From positions 1 to 64,000 of IMG/VR virus record IMGVR_UViG_3300032738_000111: a stretch of 64,000 nt of DNA; one strand, given 5' to 3'. Source of the stretch: a virus. How positions within the stretch are numbered: position 1 is the stretch's first letter; the number at the start of each line of letters is the position of its first letter. Both the position numbers and the translations under genes were made by a program. The notes beneath the pieces are model-generated. The model searched no databases. It was given only the letters and a program-made list of their open reading frames with translations, and was not told the origin of the DNA. Positions 25,054 through 35,056 of the stretch are shown here, in pieces.

Positions 25054-26394
25054 CTACACTGGCCGCCTCGCCGCGACCACATCAGTATCGCCTTCGAGCG
25101 AAGGTGTGTCAAGACTTTTGATACGTGCTCCGTGTTCGTCTGGCGGGCGCAGCTTCGGCGCGTCGTCCATGTACAATTCCAAGTTCCAGCCGACGCCATA
25201 TTCCGGCGCAAACGAAAGGAACTGTTGACTCGGCCTCGCGCATCCCTGCATCTCACCGATACTAAACTCAGTCCCGCCCGGCCAGCTACCATTCGCAACC
25301 CATCCCGGTGCGGCGGCGGCTTGATGGTGATGTCCTAAGAACGCTCGCCGATAGACCATGCCGACCATTCGGTTGCTTCGCTGAATCGCGCGGTCAACCC
25401 CGTACCACGGGAAGCCCATATATCGCTTTGCTTCCTGTCCGTGTAGCAAGAGGTATTCGTAAGTCTTGTCTATATCGCCGAAGTCAAGCGGGCCGTGTTG
25501 TGGACCTAGTGTAAAGGCATTGAACCGCGCGGGGCTTACATTGATGTAGATACTCTCTTGTTCTTTGAGCAGTGCCTGAATCCACTGGTAGCACATGATG
25601 TCGTTGTTGTTCGTCGTGAACCGTTCCTGCCCGTGGTTGCCCCACTGAAAGAAGCAGTGCGTCGAGGTAAACTGCCGCGCCATTGCCAGGATCAGGCGGC
25701 CCATTTCCTGTGCCCCAGCCATGACTTGCTCGCGGAGCATCAAGTCAATTCGCGTCGGCTGTTTCGGAAAGATGTCCTCGCCGGTCACCCAGTCGCCGAG
25801 GCCCAGGATATAAAGATGGTCTGCTTTGTAGGCGCGGCGGAAGTCAGCAAGCGCATTGGAGAACGCTTCGAGATAACGGTCGCGGCGCTGGCGAAAGATG
25901 TCGTAGTTGTATTCGGACAGGCCCGCCGTCTCATCCCCGCGCACCCACTCGCCTACGTGAACATCGGACAATAGCGCAAAGATAGCATGGTCAACGCCGG
26001 GCCCCTTAGTGCGTTTTGGGTACTTGAGAAGCTTGATGGGGCTAACATTTGCCGCGATTGCGTCGGCAACAACAGCATTCATCTGTCGCGCCTTCTCAAG
26101 TTGTTTGCGGAGGGACTTATTCTGCCGCTGGTACATTTCAGCAACGCGGCGGGGGTCAGCCTCCACCTGCTGCGCCTCAGTTTCTTCTTCAAGCGGCTCA
26201 ATTTCCTCACCGCCACTCGCCGGCTGCCAATCCACAATTCCATAGCACTCATCCTTCGACCGAATCTCGCATGTCTGCTTGAACTGGCCGGGCAAGCTGT
26301 TGGACGACTTCAACCCCAGGTGTTTCGCCATCTCGCTGAATGTGCCGCAGTACAGCCGGTAAGCCGCAGCCTCCTGTCGTGATAGGTCTCGCAA
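25054..26394 (-). CDS. Calcineurin-like metallophosphoesterase with N-terminal coiled coil
   Basis: SDVHVGE, GDWVTG, GNHG, LLHG, GHHH; the reading frame extends about 30 codons upstream (see findings). Confidence 0.85.
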   Translation of the reverse strand: MRDLSRQEAAAYRLYCGTFSEMAKHLGLKSSNSLPGQFKQTCEIRSKDECYGIVDWQPASGGEEIEPLEEETEAQQVEADPRRVAEMYQRQNKSLRKQLEKARQMNAVVADAIAANVSPIKLLKYPKRTKGPGVDHAIFALLSDVHVGEWVRGDETAGLSEYNYDIFRQRRDRYLEAFSNALADFRRAYKADHLYILGLGDWVTGEDIFPKQPTRIDLMLREQVMAGAQEMGRLILAMARQFTSTHCFFQWGNHGQERFTTNNNDIMCYQWIQALLKEQESIYINVSPARFNAFTLGPQHGPLDFGDIDKTYEYLLLHGQEAKRYMGFPWYGVDRAIQRSNRMVGMVYRRAFLGHHHQAAAAPGWVANGSWPGGTEFSIGEMQGCARPSQQFLSFAPEYGVGWNLELYMDDAPKLRPPDEHGARIKSLDTPSLEGDTDVVAARRPV

Positions 26395-26543
26395 CGCAGG
26401 AGCGCGCCGCCCTTGGAGTGCCGCTAGCTTATCGCCGAGTATCTGCTTACAGTGTTCGATTAGCGCCGGTTCGGTATCAATGGCAATTGCCTCCTATTGA
26501 ACTATTCGGCATCTCCGAATGGTTGACCTGCTATCGCCGCCCG

Positions 26544-27566
26544 CTATATCAAATTGAGCTGCGTTGGATTCTCTGCTTCCCTTATCCGCTCTTCGCTCCG
26601 CTGGCACCAATGCTCCGATAGTTCAATGCCGATAAACTCTCGCCCATACTTCACCGCTGCCTCGCCAGTCGCGCCCGAACCACAGAAGCAGTCCAGCACC
26701 GTATCACCTTCCCTGCTGCTGGCGGTGACTATGTGCTCCAGCATGGCAAGCGGCTTCTCGCAAGGATGTTTGCCTGCGTAGGGCTTGACTGTCGGGAAAT
26801 CCCACACGTCGGTGTACGGCACGTCGGCGGTGACGGAGAACGGGCGGCGGAGGTCTTCGTATTCGGTGCGGAGGTCTTCGTATTCGCGGGTCAGGTAGCC
26901 GCCACTGTTGCGAGAATTGAAGAGGTCGCGAAGCCACTGGTAGTTTTCAGCGGTCGGGAGCGTCCACTGCACACGGGAAAACCAATGCCCTGCCATGCCT
27001 GTGACTGTTCGGCTCCCTGTTACCTTTTGGTATTCCTCTGCGACGCGACGGGTTGACCAATCAGCCCGCGCCTTCTCCCCGTCCAGATAAGCCCTCAGCG
27101 GCTCGAACACGAACCCGCGCAACTCGTCGCACTTGGCGGCATATCCCGCTTCGCCCTTCGCCATATTGTCCGCGCCGTAGTGCTCAGCAAAGATGATTTC
27201 CTCCCACGGCGATAGGTAGGAGCGCACCATTTCCTTGTCGGTCTTGTTGTGCCAGCCAGCTTCCTTCACCCAGCGGATACGGTTCAACACCTCGAAGAAC
27301 TCCGCAGTCTTGCACTCCACCCGCGCCGCCATCTTTGGGCTTGCGAACACGTACAGGCTACCGTTCGGCTTGAGTATCCGCTGCCATTCCGCGCATAGCA
27401 GGCCGAACCATTCAATGAACCCTTCGGCGCTATCCCATTGCCTGTCCCAAGGTTCGTTCTTGACGCGGTAGTAGGGAGGGTCAGTGCAGATTAGACTGAC
27501 GCTATTGTCGGGAAGCGTTGGCATGACCTGCAAGCAATCGCCCTCGATTATCTGCCAGCTACTCAT
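26544..27566 (-). CDS. N6-adenine/N4-cytosine DNA methyltransferase (beta class)
   Basis: TDPPY, HPCEKP, VLDCFCGSG. Confidence 0.92.
   Translation of the reverse strand: MSSWQIIEGDCLQVMPTLPDNSVSLICTDPPYYRVKNEPWDRQWDSAEGFIEWFGLLCAEWQRILKPNGSLYVFASPKMAARVECKTAEFFEVLNRIRWVKEAGWHNKTDKEMVRSYLSPWEEIIFAEHYGADNMAKGEAGYAAKCDELRGFVFEPLRAYLDGEKARADWSTRRVAEEYQKVTGSRTVTGMAGHWFSRVQWTLPTAENYQWLRDLFNSRNSGGYLTREYEDLRTEYEDLRRPFSVTADVPYTDVWDFPTVKPYAGKHPCEKPLAMLEHIVTASSREGDTVLDCFCGSGATGEAAVKYGREFIGIELSEHWCQRSEERIREAENPTQLNLI
26847..26886. repeat. 21-bp-period tandem repeat (2 copies) encoding EYEDLR
   Basis: gcggaggtcttcgtattcg twice. Confidence 0.8.
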
Positions 27567-27769
27567 AACCCGTTCCCTCGCACAATGCTTGTCCTCCCGA
27601 CCGGCCCCAACTTCCGGCGAGGCCGCCTCAACTCGCTATCGCGCATATCGGTATAAACGCCACGCAGGCGACAGTCTGGACAGAATGCCTTATTGCTATC
27701 AGACGAGACATACCCTGTAAATCCACAGACCTTGCAAGTATAGGTGACGCGACGCTTAGTGCGGGTCAT
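27563..27769 (-). CDS. Small zinc-ribbon protein
   Basis: YTCKVCG...FCPDC; GGAGG RBS. Confidence 0.65.
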   Translation of the reverse strand: MTRTKRRVTYTCKVCGFTGYVSSDSNKAFCPDCRLRGVYTDMRDSELRRPRRKLGPVGRTSIVRGNGL

Positions 27770-27788
27770 GCTTTCCTCCGCTACAGCA

Positions 27789-27817
27789 AATATACCACGC
27801 GGGCCTTCTCATTGCAA
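27789..27817 (-). promoter_or_regulatory. Sigma70-type promoter
   Basis: TTGCAA-17 nt-TATATT. Confidence 0.5.
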
Positions 27818-27875
27818 GACTATTCCCCGATTCTCTCCTGTCCGTTCTAGGCGATTGCAAGGCGTCAGGCGCGGC

Positions 27876-29324
27876 CTAACCTTCTTCTGCTCCCGAATCG
27901 CCTGTATCGGACACCTCGCCGCCGGACTCGCTACTTGCGCTGGCCTGCGCCACCCGGCGCTTCTCGTACTCGGCAGCGGCATCCACTACGCACTTGTTCG
28001 CCGCTTGCCAGCTCTTTGCCCTCGCGCATTGGACCTCTCCGTCCGGCGTCGTGTAGCTCCACCGCCACCGCCAAGGCCCCTCTTGTACTTCCCACACGTT
28101 GCTACGCCCGCCGCTTGCGTGGTGGCCTGAGTAGCATATCGGCATGGCGGAGTCTGCTTGAGAAGGTTCTGGGCAAGCGTTGCAGGCATCTGCGGATGGA
28201 TGCTCGTGTACGTCTTTCTCCCTGAGTTCCTCGAAGGCCTCGTTGACTACCCTGCTTCTCATCGCCCGCCAATCAGTCTCTATGCGCTTGCAGACTGCTG
28301 TGAGTGCCGCGCCTGCGATGTCGTGAACCCTCACCACTATGTGAAATCTCTCCTCCAACCCCGCAATCTCATCTGTGGCCGCGTTGAGTTCCTGCTGGAC
28401 GGCGTTGCGCTCTTTCTCCCACTCTTTCTGCCGTTCCCGTCGCATCTCATCCAAGACCCGATAACTCTCGCTATAGGCTTGCTTCACAGCACCCAAGCGA
28501 CCCTCCAGTTCCGCCACGCGCTCTTGCAGCTTCGATACCTGAGGGTCAGCGATATGGAATGTGCCGCCGCTCCAGTAGTACGGGCGCTTTGTTGCATCCG
28601 CGCAGTAGGCGAATACGTCGCAAAGGTCGCCCTGAAACTTCGGCTTCTCGGACTCATCCTCCGCCGGGCACGGGACGCCAGTCTCGGCGCAGGCGGACTG
28701 GACATTAGCAGCAGACCCCTTGGGATAGTGCATTACGGACTCGCCATTCAAGTCCTTACCATGCACCTCCTGGCATTCGCCGCAGCCGCGATAAATGTTC
28801 GTGACCTCAGTGTAATATACGAGAGAACCATCGCTGCAACGCGGAAATGCCACCACCGGCGGCTCGGCTCCCAGACAATTCCACTCAGCACCGAAGGCCT
28901 TTTCGTCGCGGGCGAGGCTGGTGACAACGGCAGGGGATTCGGCGACTGACTGATGTATGCCCGTTCGCCCATCGTGGTCGCCTCCGACTAACGAGCTCTC
29001 TGGTATTGTGCCATGAGAGCATAGCTCGCTAATGGATGTGATACGAGTAAAGTGAAACTCGGAGTTGTCGAAAACACAATGCAGCGTCACCGTCAGCTCT
29101 TGCGCGGCAAGCTCCTCGGCCTCGGCTATTAGCGCATCTATCTGCTTGGTGGATTCGGCGACAGCGGAGCTGGTTATGTCACCGTGCCCACATACCTGCA
29201 CAATAGTGTGACCGACCTGACGACTATATGAGGCAATGTTGGCAACAGGGATACGCCAACTCCAGCCGCCAGTCTCACAGTGCAACACAATCTCGGCCTG
29301 CCCTGCTTTATCCTGATTCATCAT
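27876..29324 (-). CDS. Modular repeat-domain / coiled-coil protein, paralogue family E
   Basis: Shares LARD..AFG..W.C.GAEPPVV, GVPCP and ERVAELE blocks with 38314..40020. Confidence 0.7.
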   Translation of the reverse strand: MMNQDKAGQAEIVLHCETGGWSWRIPVANIASYSRQVGHTIVQVCGHGDITSSAVAESTKQIDALIAEAEELAAQELTVTLHCVFDNSEFHFTRITSISELCSHGTIPESSLVGGDHDGRTGIHQSVAESPAVVTSLARDEKAFGAEWNCLGAEPPVVAFPRCSDGSLVYYTEVTNIYRGCGECQEVHGKDLNGESVMHYPKGSAANVQSACAETGVPCPAEDESEKPKFQGDLCDVFAYCADATKRPYYWSGGTFHIADPQVSKLQERVAELEGRLGAVKQAYSESYRVLDEMRRERQKEWEKERNAVQQELNAATDEIAGLEERFHIVVRVHDIAGAALTAVCKRIETDWRAMRSRVVNEAFEELREKDVHEHPSADACNACPEPSQADSAMPICYSGHHASGGRSNVWEVQEGPWRWRWSYTTPDGEVQCARAKSWQAANKCVVDAAAEYEKRRVAQASASSESGGEVSDTGDSGAEEG

Positions 29325-29940
29325 TCTCGTCTCCTTCGTCAGTAATCTGCGCATTGCCCTTTGCTTCTCTCGCCCTCGTCGCATCCACTATTGCTATCCA
29401 TTCGGCCTCTAGGTCCGCCATGACCGCCCCGCACTTCGGGCATACCCGCTCCGTCGTCGGCCTATCGCAACACTCAATCGGCCAGCCCGGCGTTACCACC
29501 ACGCCCGTACAGGTCTGGAGTATCGGAGCGCACAGCCGCATAACCTCCAACCCCGCCTGCGCATACTCGACACTCAATGTCCTGTCGCAAAACGCCGCCA
29601 TCAACTCGCGCATCATCAGGCCCATGCCGAACTCCACTACGTCACCGCTGCGACTAGCCCGCACCTCCAGCGCATCATAGTCCCGCGAGCTCGTCCAGTA
29701 GCATTTGTGGCAGAGGTGCAGGCAGCCCTCGCCGTCCGCCTTGGGCACCTCGTATTTCCAGAGCACTTGTTGGCAGTAGCAGCAGTTCTCGTTGCGGAGG
29801 TTGTGGAGCGTCCGCTGGTAGGTCTCAAGGTCTGCTTCACCTGCGGCGTAGGCAAGCGTCACGTCGCGGACTGCGGTCACGACCTCGGAGTCATCTGCCG
29901 GTGCGAGGTCGCGGATGACATCCTGCATATTGTCAGTCAT
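29308..29940 (-). CDS. Hypothetical zinc-binding protein
   Basis: Several CxxC pairs. Confidence 0.6.
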   Translation of the reverse strand: MTDNMQDVIRDLAPADDSEVVTAVRDVTLAYAAGEADLETYQRTLHNLRNENCCYCQQVLWKYEVPKADGEGCLHLCHKCYWTSSRDYDALEVRASRSGDVVEFGMGLMMRELMAAFCDRTLSVEYAQAGLEVMRLCAPILQTCTGVVVTPGWPIECCDRPTTERVCPKCGAVMADLEAEWIAIVDATRAREAKGNAQITDEGDENDESG

Positions 29941-30721
29941 TGGACTGGTTCCCTTCGCCCATCGCAAGCTGCACCGGGGCGGGCGTGGTCTCCAATGCCT
30001 CCGGTATGCGAAGCTGCGCTATCTCTTTTCCCAACCGCTTCGTTGCCAACTCGCAGTATTCCTCGCTGATTTCTATGCCGACTCCCTTTCTGCCGAGGCG
30101 GTAGCAGGCAACGAGGGTTGTGCCCGAACCGAGGAAGGGGTCGATGACTGAGCCGCCAGGCTTGCAAAGTGTTTCTACCAGCCAACCGAATAAAGGCAGT
30201 GGCTTCTCTGTTGGGTGACGGTCTGCCTTGTTTCCCACCAACGGCGTCTCGAATACGTTATGCGTTACTCCGCCACCGCCCCACCAGAGTACAGGCCCAT
30301 CACTTTGCCGTCCGAATACAGCAGCCTCAACAGCACTACAGAAGTTCTTGCGCGGCTTCGGAGGTGGGTTCGCCTTGCGCCAGTACACGAGTTGCAGTGG
30401 GTTTAGCCCAGCCTTCTGAAAGATCGTCCACATAGTGCCGACCTGCTTGCCATCAGTCCAGACTACCGCCGCCCCACCAGGAGCCACAAGGCGCAGCGCG
30501 AGTTCTATAGCTTCACTTGGTAACTCAGTATCCCAATCAATGTCAAACTCGACGAATGCACCAGCTACCTTCCAAACCTTCGCTGCGTCCTCTTCGTTTG
30601 TGCCATACGGCGGGTCAGTCAGGCACAGGTCGAACCCCCGCTCCAGTTGCGGCATGATTTCCAAGCAATCACCCAAGTAAATCTCTAAGCCGAACTCTTC
30701 GCTGCGCCAGTACGGTTTCAT
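29933..30721 (-). CDS. N4-C/N6-A DNA methyltransferase (beta class)
   Basis: TDPPYG, HPTEKP, DPFLGSGTT. Confidence 0.92.
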   Translation of the reverse strand: MKPYWRSEEFGLEIYLGDCLEIMPQLERGFDLCLTDPPYGTNEEDAAKVWKVAGAFVEFDIDWDTELPSEAIELALRLVAPGGAAVVWTDGKQVGTMWTIFQKAGLNPLQLVYWRKANPPPKPRKNFCSAVEAAVFGRQSDGPVLWWGGGGVTHNVFETPLVGNKADRHPTEKPLPLFGWLVETLCKPGGSVIDPFLGSGTTLVACYRLGRKGVGIEISEEYCELATKRLGKEIAQLRIPEALETTPAPVQLAMGEGNQSND

Positions 30722-30915
30722 CGCCTCTCCTCCGCACACTCCGGGCAGAAATACTCGTGGTCGCCCCTGCAATCTATCTCAGATACCCAACCGTGCTCTT
30801 CGAGCCAGGCTTTGATGACGGGCGAGGTCGCGTCCTCAATGTGAGTGTTTTCCCATGCGATACCACAGTCATCACACTCTATGCGGAGCTGGCCGTTATG
30901 TGGCGTTAGGGTCAT
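30718..30915 (-). CDS. Small zinc-ribbon protein, paralogue family D
   Basis: IECDDC...HGWV...YFCPECA. Confidence 0.6.
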   Translation of the reverse strand: MTLTPHNGQLRIECDDCGIAWENTHIEDATSPVIKAWLEEHGWVSEIDCRGDHEYFCPECAEERR

Positions 30916-31588
30916 TAGTCTCAGCCTCCAGGTCCTGCCGGTGCTCAAGCTCGGCCTCACTGTCGTTCTCTTCTGCCCGCCAATCCTCCCGCGTTATCGC
31001 TCGCCGCTGGCTTGGCGTATCTGCATCCACTGCAACGAAGATGTTCACCTCGCGCCACCTGTCGAAGATGCGCTCCATCTCCGGCACTCCGCGCAGGTCC
31101 TCCGCGCTCACATTGGTCGTGACGCACGTTGCCCGCCGGTGCGCATGGCGCAGCTCCATGACCTCCTCAAACTGCGACAGCGCGAATGGCGACCGATACT
31201 CGCGGCAGAGGTCATCTAGCAGCAGCAGGCTACATTCCGCCTCGGTAATGTCCTCAAGTAATACCAGCTCCTCTCGCGACTGTTGCGCCCTCCGGTGCAG
31301 CTTCCCAAAGAGATTCGCCGCCGTGGTGAACTTCACCGCCAGAGGACCCACTGGCAACGCCTTCGCTATTAGCGCAAGGCTGCTTGTCTTGCCGATGCCG
31401 ACGCCGCCGGTCAGCACCAGGCCATGCCCTTGCGCTATGCGGGCAGGGAGTGTCTCACAGTATTCCGCCACAATCTCCCGCATGTTCCCACTCTCTGGCA
31501 CCTGCTCAAGTTGCGGCGACCAGGCGTGGCGCGGGATGCCTGCCCGCTCAAAGAACCGCTCCAGTGTTGCCTGCTTTTTTGTGCTCAT
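30896..31588 (-). CDS. DnaC/IstB-like AAA+ helicase loader
   Basis: GGVGIGKT, LLLLDDL, TTN, ERIFDR; follows the replication initiator. Confidence 0.88.
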   Translation of the reverse strand: MSTKKQATLERFFERAGIPRHAWSPQLEQVPESGNMREIVAEYCETLPARIAQGHGLVLTGGVGIGKTSSLALIAKALPVGPLAVKFTTAANLFGKLHRRAQQSREELVLLEDITEAECSLLLLDDLCREYRSPFALSQFEEVMELRHAHRRATCVTTNVSAEDLRGVPEMERIFDRWREVNIFVAVDADTPSQRRAITREDWRAEENDSEAELEHRQDLEAETNDPNAT

Positions 31589-32604
31589 ACTTTCACACTC
31601 CCATCTGGGTTGCGGTCTATCTCCTTGAAGTCACTTGGCGGGATCGGGCCGCGACCACCGCCTGCCGCCGCTCGCGATCCGCCGGACTGTTGAGGTTCAA
31701 ACTCCCAAGGCCGGTTGACTGCCAGCTTGAACTGTTTGCAAAAGAATGCCCAGGGATTCGCGTTGCCTGTCGGTTGCGGCTTTGTGACAAACGCCTTCTT
31801 CACCGCCTGCTCAATGACTTCCCATCCATCGGCCTTGAAGAGTTCCGTCAGGCCGCTGTAGCCTTTCAGGTTTCCCTTGCCCTTCGGCATGTCGCCAAGG
31901 TCAAGCATTTCCCAACACTCCCGGATGACTCTCTGCACCTCGGTTTCTTTCCGAGGCTTCTTCTCAGGAGCGGTCTCAGGAAGCGGCGGTTGTTCGGGTC
32001 CATCATCAGGTTCTTCGACTTCAGAACCCGCCGCGATAGCGGCGAGAGGTTCTTCTACCTCTGCCTCTGTGTCTGCCTCTACGTCTGAGTCTACGTCTGA
32101 GTCTACGTCTAGGGCGTTTTCGCCGGAGTAGTCCATGACAAGTCCGGGAGTAGTCCGGGACTTCGGCTCTAATGCGTCTGTAAGCCCGTAGAAGGCGGGT
32201 TGCCTGTCACAATCTTCTTCTTCCATATATTGGCGCAACTCCTGCGGAAGTCGCCAGCAAGGAGGTAAGTTATTGACGGGTTGGCCTACTCGGCCCCACT
32301 TGATGCTTTGGTGTTTGTGGAAGTTTACGATGTAGAGTAGTTGCTTCCCATTCTCACTATACGGGTAGAGAAGGCCCGCCTCTACTTGAGCATAGATACA
32401 CTTCTGGACCTCGGCTTTTGTGATGTCCATTCCAGGGCAAACGCGGGCGCGATACTCCGTCGCCGACCCCGGCATAATCGCATAGACATCCACCTTCGGT
32501 AAACTCCAAGTGAAGAGAAGCGCAGCCATTGTGTTCCGCTCGGCGAGGCCGCAGAGCTTCTCGTCTGCGCCGATCTCCTCAGTTATCTTTGCCCACCTGA
32601 GCAT
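31585..32604 (-). CDS. Phage replication initiator protein
   Basis: N-terminal winged-helix-like region ending NFHKHQ, acidic linker with internal repeats, upstream of DnaC. Confidence 0.75.
   Translation of the reverse strand: MLRWAKITEEIGADEKLCGLAERNTMAALLFTWSLPKVDVYAIMPGSATEYRARVCPGMDITKAEVQKCIYAQVEAGLLYPYSENGKQLLYIVNFHKHQSIKWGRVGQPVNNLPPCWRLPQELRQYMEEEDCDRQPAFYGLTDALEPKSRTTPGLVMDYSGENALDVDSDVDSDVEADTEAEVEEPLAAIAAGSEVEEPDDGPEQPPLPETAPEKKPRKETEVQRVIRECWEMLDLGDMPKGKGNLKGYSGLTELFKADGWEVIEQAVKKAFVTKPQPTGNANPWAFFCKQFKLAVNRPWEFEPQQSGGSRAAAGGGRGPIPPSDFKEIDRNPDGSVKV
32057..32165. repeat. Iteron-like repeats within the initiator gene (candidate origin)
   Basis: TCTACGTCT x3 at 12-bp period; GGAGTAGTCC x2; AGTCCGGGA x2. 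Confidence 0.5.
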
Positions 32605-32926
32605 CTACATCCTCCGGTTCGGTGCAATCAGGCTTTTCCCATAAAGAGAAGAAGTCCGTCTCCATCTCGTCACGCACTTCCTTGCCTGCGTTACTATGAA
32701 CGTAGCAGTGGCACGCACTGCATAAAACGATACCATTCTCGACTACTGCCCGAAGCTCTACGTGCGTGATATATGGCACTCGGTGATGCACCTCAAGGGC
32801 CATGTTTCGCTTAGGCCCATTGCCGCACAACTCACACTTGCCATTAGCCCTCCGTAGGCAAGCGTGCCGCCAAGATAGACACTCGCGCGTGTGCCGAAAC
32901 TTGTTGATCTCGCTGCGTCGTTGCAT
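32579..32926 (-). CDS. HNH endonuclease
   Basis: CELCG..LEVHH..ENGIVLCSACH; GGAGG RBS. Confidence 0.85.
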   Translation of the reverse strand: MQRRSEINKFRHTRECLSWRHACLRRANGKCELCGNGPKRNMALEVHHRVPYITHVELRAVVENGIVLCSACHCYVHSNAGKEVRDEMETDFFSLWEKPDCTEPEDVDAQVGKDN

Positions 32927-33090
32927 ATTGCCAGCCTCCAAAGACGACAAGGCCCACTGCGAAATCGCACACCCGGCAAAGAGTGAAGGCGTTTTCTGGT
33001 GCAGTGGGCCTATATGGTTTGTGGGACATGCAAAAAGCCTTCCTTCTTCGCCGGTATGCTCAGTCTATCACGCCGGGCCGCCGAAGTCAA
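32927..33090 (-). promoter_or_regulatory. Promoter plus structured leader RNA for the HNH-replication operon
   Basis: TTGACT-17-TAGACT; CCGGCGAAGA/TCTTTGCCGG and AGGCCCACTGC/GCAGTGGGCCT interleaved pairings. Confidence 0.7.
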
Positions 33091-33099
33091 GCCCCTTCT

Positions 33100-33441
33100 T
33101 CACCTTCCCACAACAAGCAACACTCGTCGCGCCCTGGTAGCTGCCGCTTCTTCGTCGAGCAATCGCGCCGCAATCTGCTTCGCTGCCGCCCATCGGCACT
33201 TCACTGTCCGCTCTAGGAGCCACAGCCGAGCGCAGGCCTTGAGTTGGGGCACCGGCGGCTCCGTGCTTTTCCAGTGGGATAGCCATGCTGTAGCCTCCTC
33301 CCAAAGCATTTCCATGAGTCGGCCAGCAACCTCCTGTTGACCTATCGGCGGTCGGCACTCACAGATGCTCTGCGAGAACGCAGTCCCTACTGGGCGCGTC
33401 CATCCTCGCAGTAATTCCTCAGCAGCGTCTATCGCCTTCAT
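33100..33441 (-). CDS. Hypothetical protein
   Basis: 113 aa, translationally coupled. Confidence 0.55.
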   Translation of the reverse strand: MKAIDAAEELLRGWTRPVGTAFSQSICECRPPIGQQEVAGRLMEMLWEEATAWLSHWKSTEPPVPQLKACARLWLLERTVKCRWAAAKQIAARLLDEEAAATRARRVLLVVGR

Positions 33442-33662
33442 CCCGCCACTCCCTTTCTCAATCTCCGCAGCATCTCGCGGCTCGTCACTTTACACACATC
33501 TGGGTCTGCCATTAGCCGCGCCTTCGGGTTCGCCCATGCGTCATAGTGCGGGTGCTTCGCGTCGGCCTGAAACCACTTGCGCTTGAGGCCCACCTGCCGT
33601 GCCTTGGTGTGGAGTTCCTCTTCATCGGTTGACATCAGGTGGGTTCCGTCGAAGAAGAGCAT
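33438..33662 (-). CDS. DUF4031-family protein
   Basis: HLMSTDEEELH..A..VGLKRKWFQ..HPHYD. Confidence 0.8.
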   Translation of the reverse strand: MLFFDGTHLMSTDEEELHTKARQVGLKRKWFQADAKHPHYDAWANPKARLMADPDVCKVTSREMLRRLRKGVAG

Positions 33663-34015
33663 CCCGCCCCTCCCTTTCGCTCAAGCTCCGCGTCTTCAAT
33701 CCGTGTCACAACACTTGACTTGCCCGCAAACGCCTCAATGCTTTCGAGTAGTCTGTTGTCTAACGAACCGCCCTCTCGCACATACTCAATCACGTATAAG
33801 CCTCCCTCGTCGCCGAATATCATGATGTGGAAATGAACGCCCCTGAGGTAGTCGAGCACTTGCCAGTGATTGCGGTTCAACTGGGTAAGCCCGAAGCCCT
33901 TTGGCCGTCCTCTCCGATGGCACAAGTAACCGAACCATTGCCAACCAGAAGCAAGCTGTCGGCACTTAGCCTTCGGCATGATGCGGAACCGGCGCATGAT
34001 CTGCGACTCAGTCAT
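33635..34015 (-). CDS. Hypothetical protein
   Basis: 126 aa, coupled. Confidence 0.55.
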   Translation of the reverse strand: MTESQIMRRFRIMPKAKCRQLASGWQWFGYLCHRRGRPKGFGLTQLNRNHWQVLDYLRGVHFHIMIFGDEGGLYVIEYVREGGSLDNRLLESIEAFAGKSSVVTRIEDAELERKGGAGCSSSTEPT

Positions 34016-34272
34016 GTTTTCACATTCTCCTTCGCGGCCTCAAGCTCCGCGTGTTTACGTTCTACATCGGCTATGGCGTCGGCAGCTAATCGGTATGGTT
34101 TCCATGTGGCCATGCGCGACGTGATGGGCGCATACTGCCAGCAACGATACTCCCAAGGTCGCCCGCGCAGGTTTTCGACAAAAGCCCAGGCATAGCGGCC
34201 ATCTGCGTCAGCGGGAAATCGCTTCATCCATCCACGCGGCACACGCTCCCATCCCTCAGGTAGCGGCTTCAT
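34012..34272 (-). CDS. Hypothetical protein (LPEGW family)
   Basis: MKPLPEGW...WA.V, similar to 35053..35382. Confidence 0.55.
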   Translation of the reverse strand: MKPLPEGWERVPRGWMKRFPADADGRYAWAFVENLRGRPWEYRCWQYAPITSRMATWKPYRLAADAIADVERKHAELEAAKENVKT

Positions 34273-34622
34273 TTCTTCGCGCCATCCTCTCCCGCAGCAT
34301 CATCAATACACCGCAGGTCAAGTATGTTGCCCATTCCCAACCTGTCTGTCATAGTCGGCTCCTGCAAGTACACCCAGAAGCTGAAGCCTCCATCCTCGTT
34401 TATCTCTCCACTGGGTGCAATCCAGCCAAAGCCGATTTGCTCCTCGCCGCGCCACACATCCACATCAAGTTCGCGTTGGGCTGCTGCGTATTCGCGGTCG
34501 CCTGTGGTAAGCGCACATAGCTCAACAGCGTCAAAGTCATCATCGGTGTAGTGCTCAGGCGATTCGCAATCGGCCCTTGCGATATTCACTATCTGGCCAC
34601 ACAGGAGTATTGTGTTACTCAT
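34269..34622 (-). CDS. Hypothetical acidic protein
   Basis: 117 aa, coupled. Confidence 0.55.
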   Translation of the reverse strand: MSNTILLCGQIVNIARADCESPEHYTDDDFDAVELCALTTGDREYAAAQRELDVDVWRGEEQIGFGWIAPSGEINEDGGFSFWVYLQEPTMTDRLGMGNILDLRCIDDAAGEDGAKK

Positions 34623-35056
34623 CCAGCCACTCCCTTTCGCGCGGCCTCAAGCTCCGCTTCGGTAATCTGCCACAACCCCTGCCGACCGCGCATAGGTATC
34701 GGTTCGTCGAAGGACTGCGGGTTCTCCAGTAGCCAGTGCCACATGCCCCCAGCAAGTTCGGCCCACTCGCTGTCGCTCGGCCAGATACATCCCACAAGTT
34801 CAACCTGGCCGATGATTGCGCCGCGCCACGCCTTCGCATGACAAAGGGTCTGAATCAATCGGAGGTCCCATTTCCTTGTGTCGTTATTGGCATACTCTAA
34901 CAACTTGTCGAAGCCATCAGTGCTCCACTGCTTGCCCGCATGTATCAGCAATGGACCTCTGTAGTGTATCCTTCGAGAACGATTCTCCACGTCCTTGATA
35001 CCGTGGATTATCAGACTTGCAAAGGGTTGGTGGACAGTCAGGCACTTATGAATCAT
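34619..35056 (-). CDS. ASCH domain protein
   Basis: LTVHQPFASLI.HGIKDVENR...YRGPLLIHAG...PIPMRGRQGLW. Confidence 0.9.
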   Translation of the reverse strand: MIHKCLTVHQPFASLIIHGIKDVENRSRRIHYRGPLLIHAGKQWSTDGFDKLLEYANNDTRKWDLRLIQTLCHAKAWRGAIIGQVELVGCIWPSDSEWAELAGGMWHWLLENPQSFDEPIPMRGRQGLWQITEAELEAARKGVAG

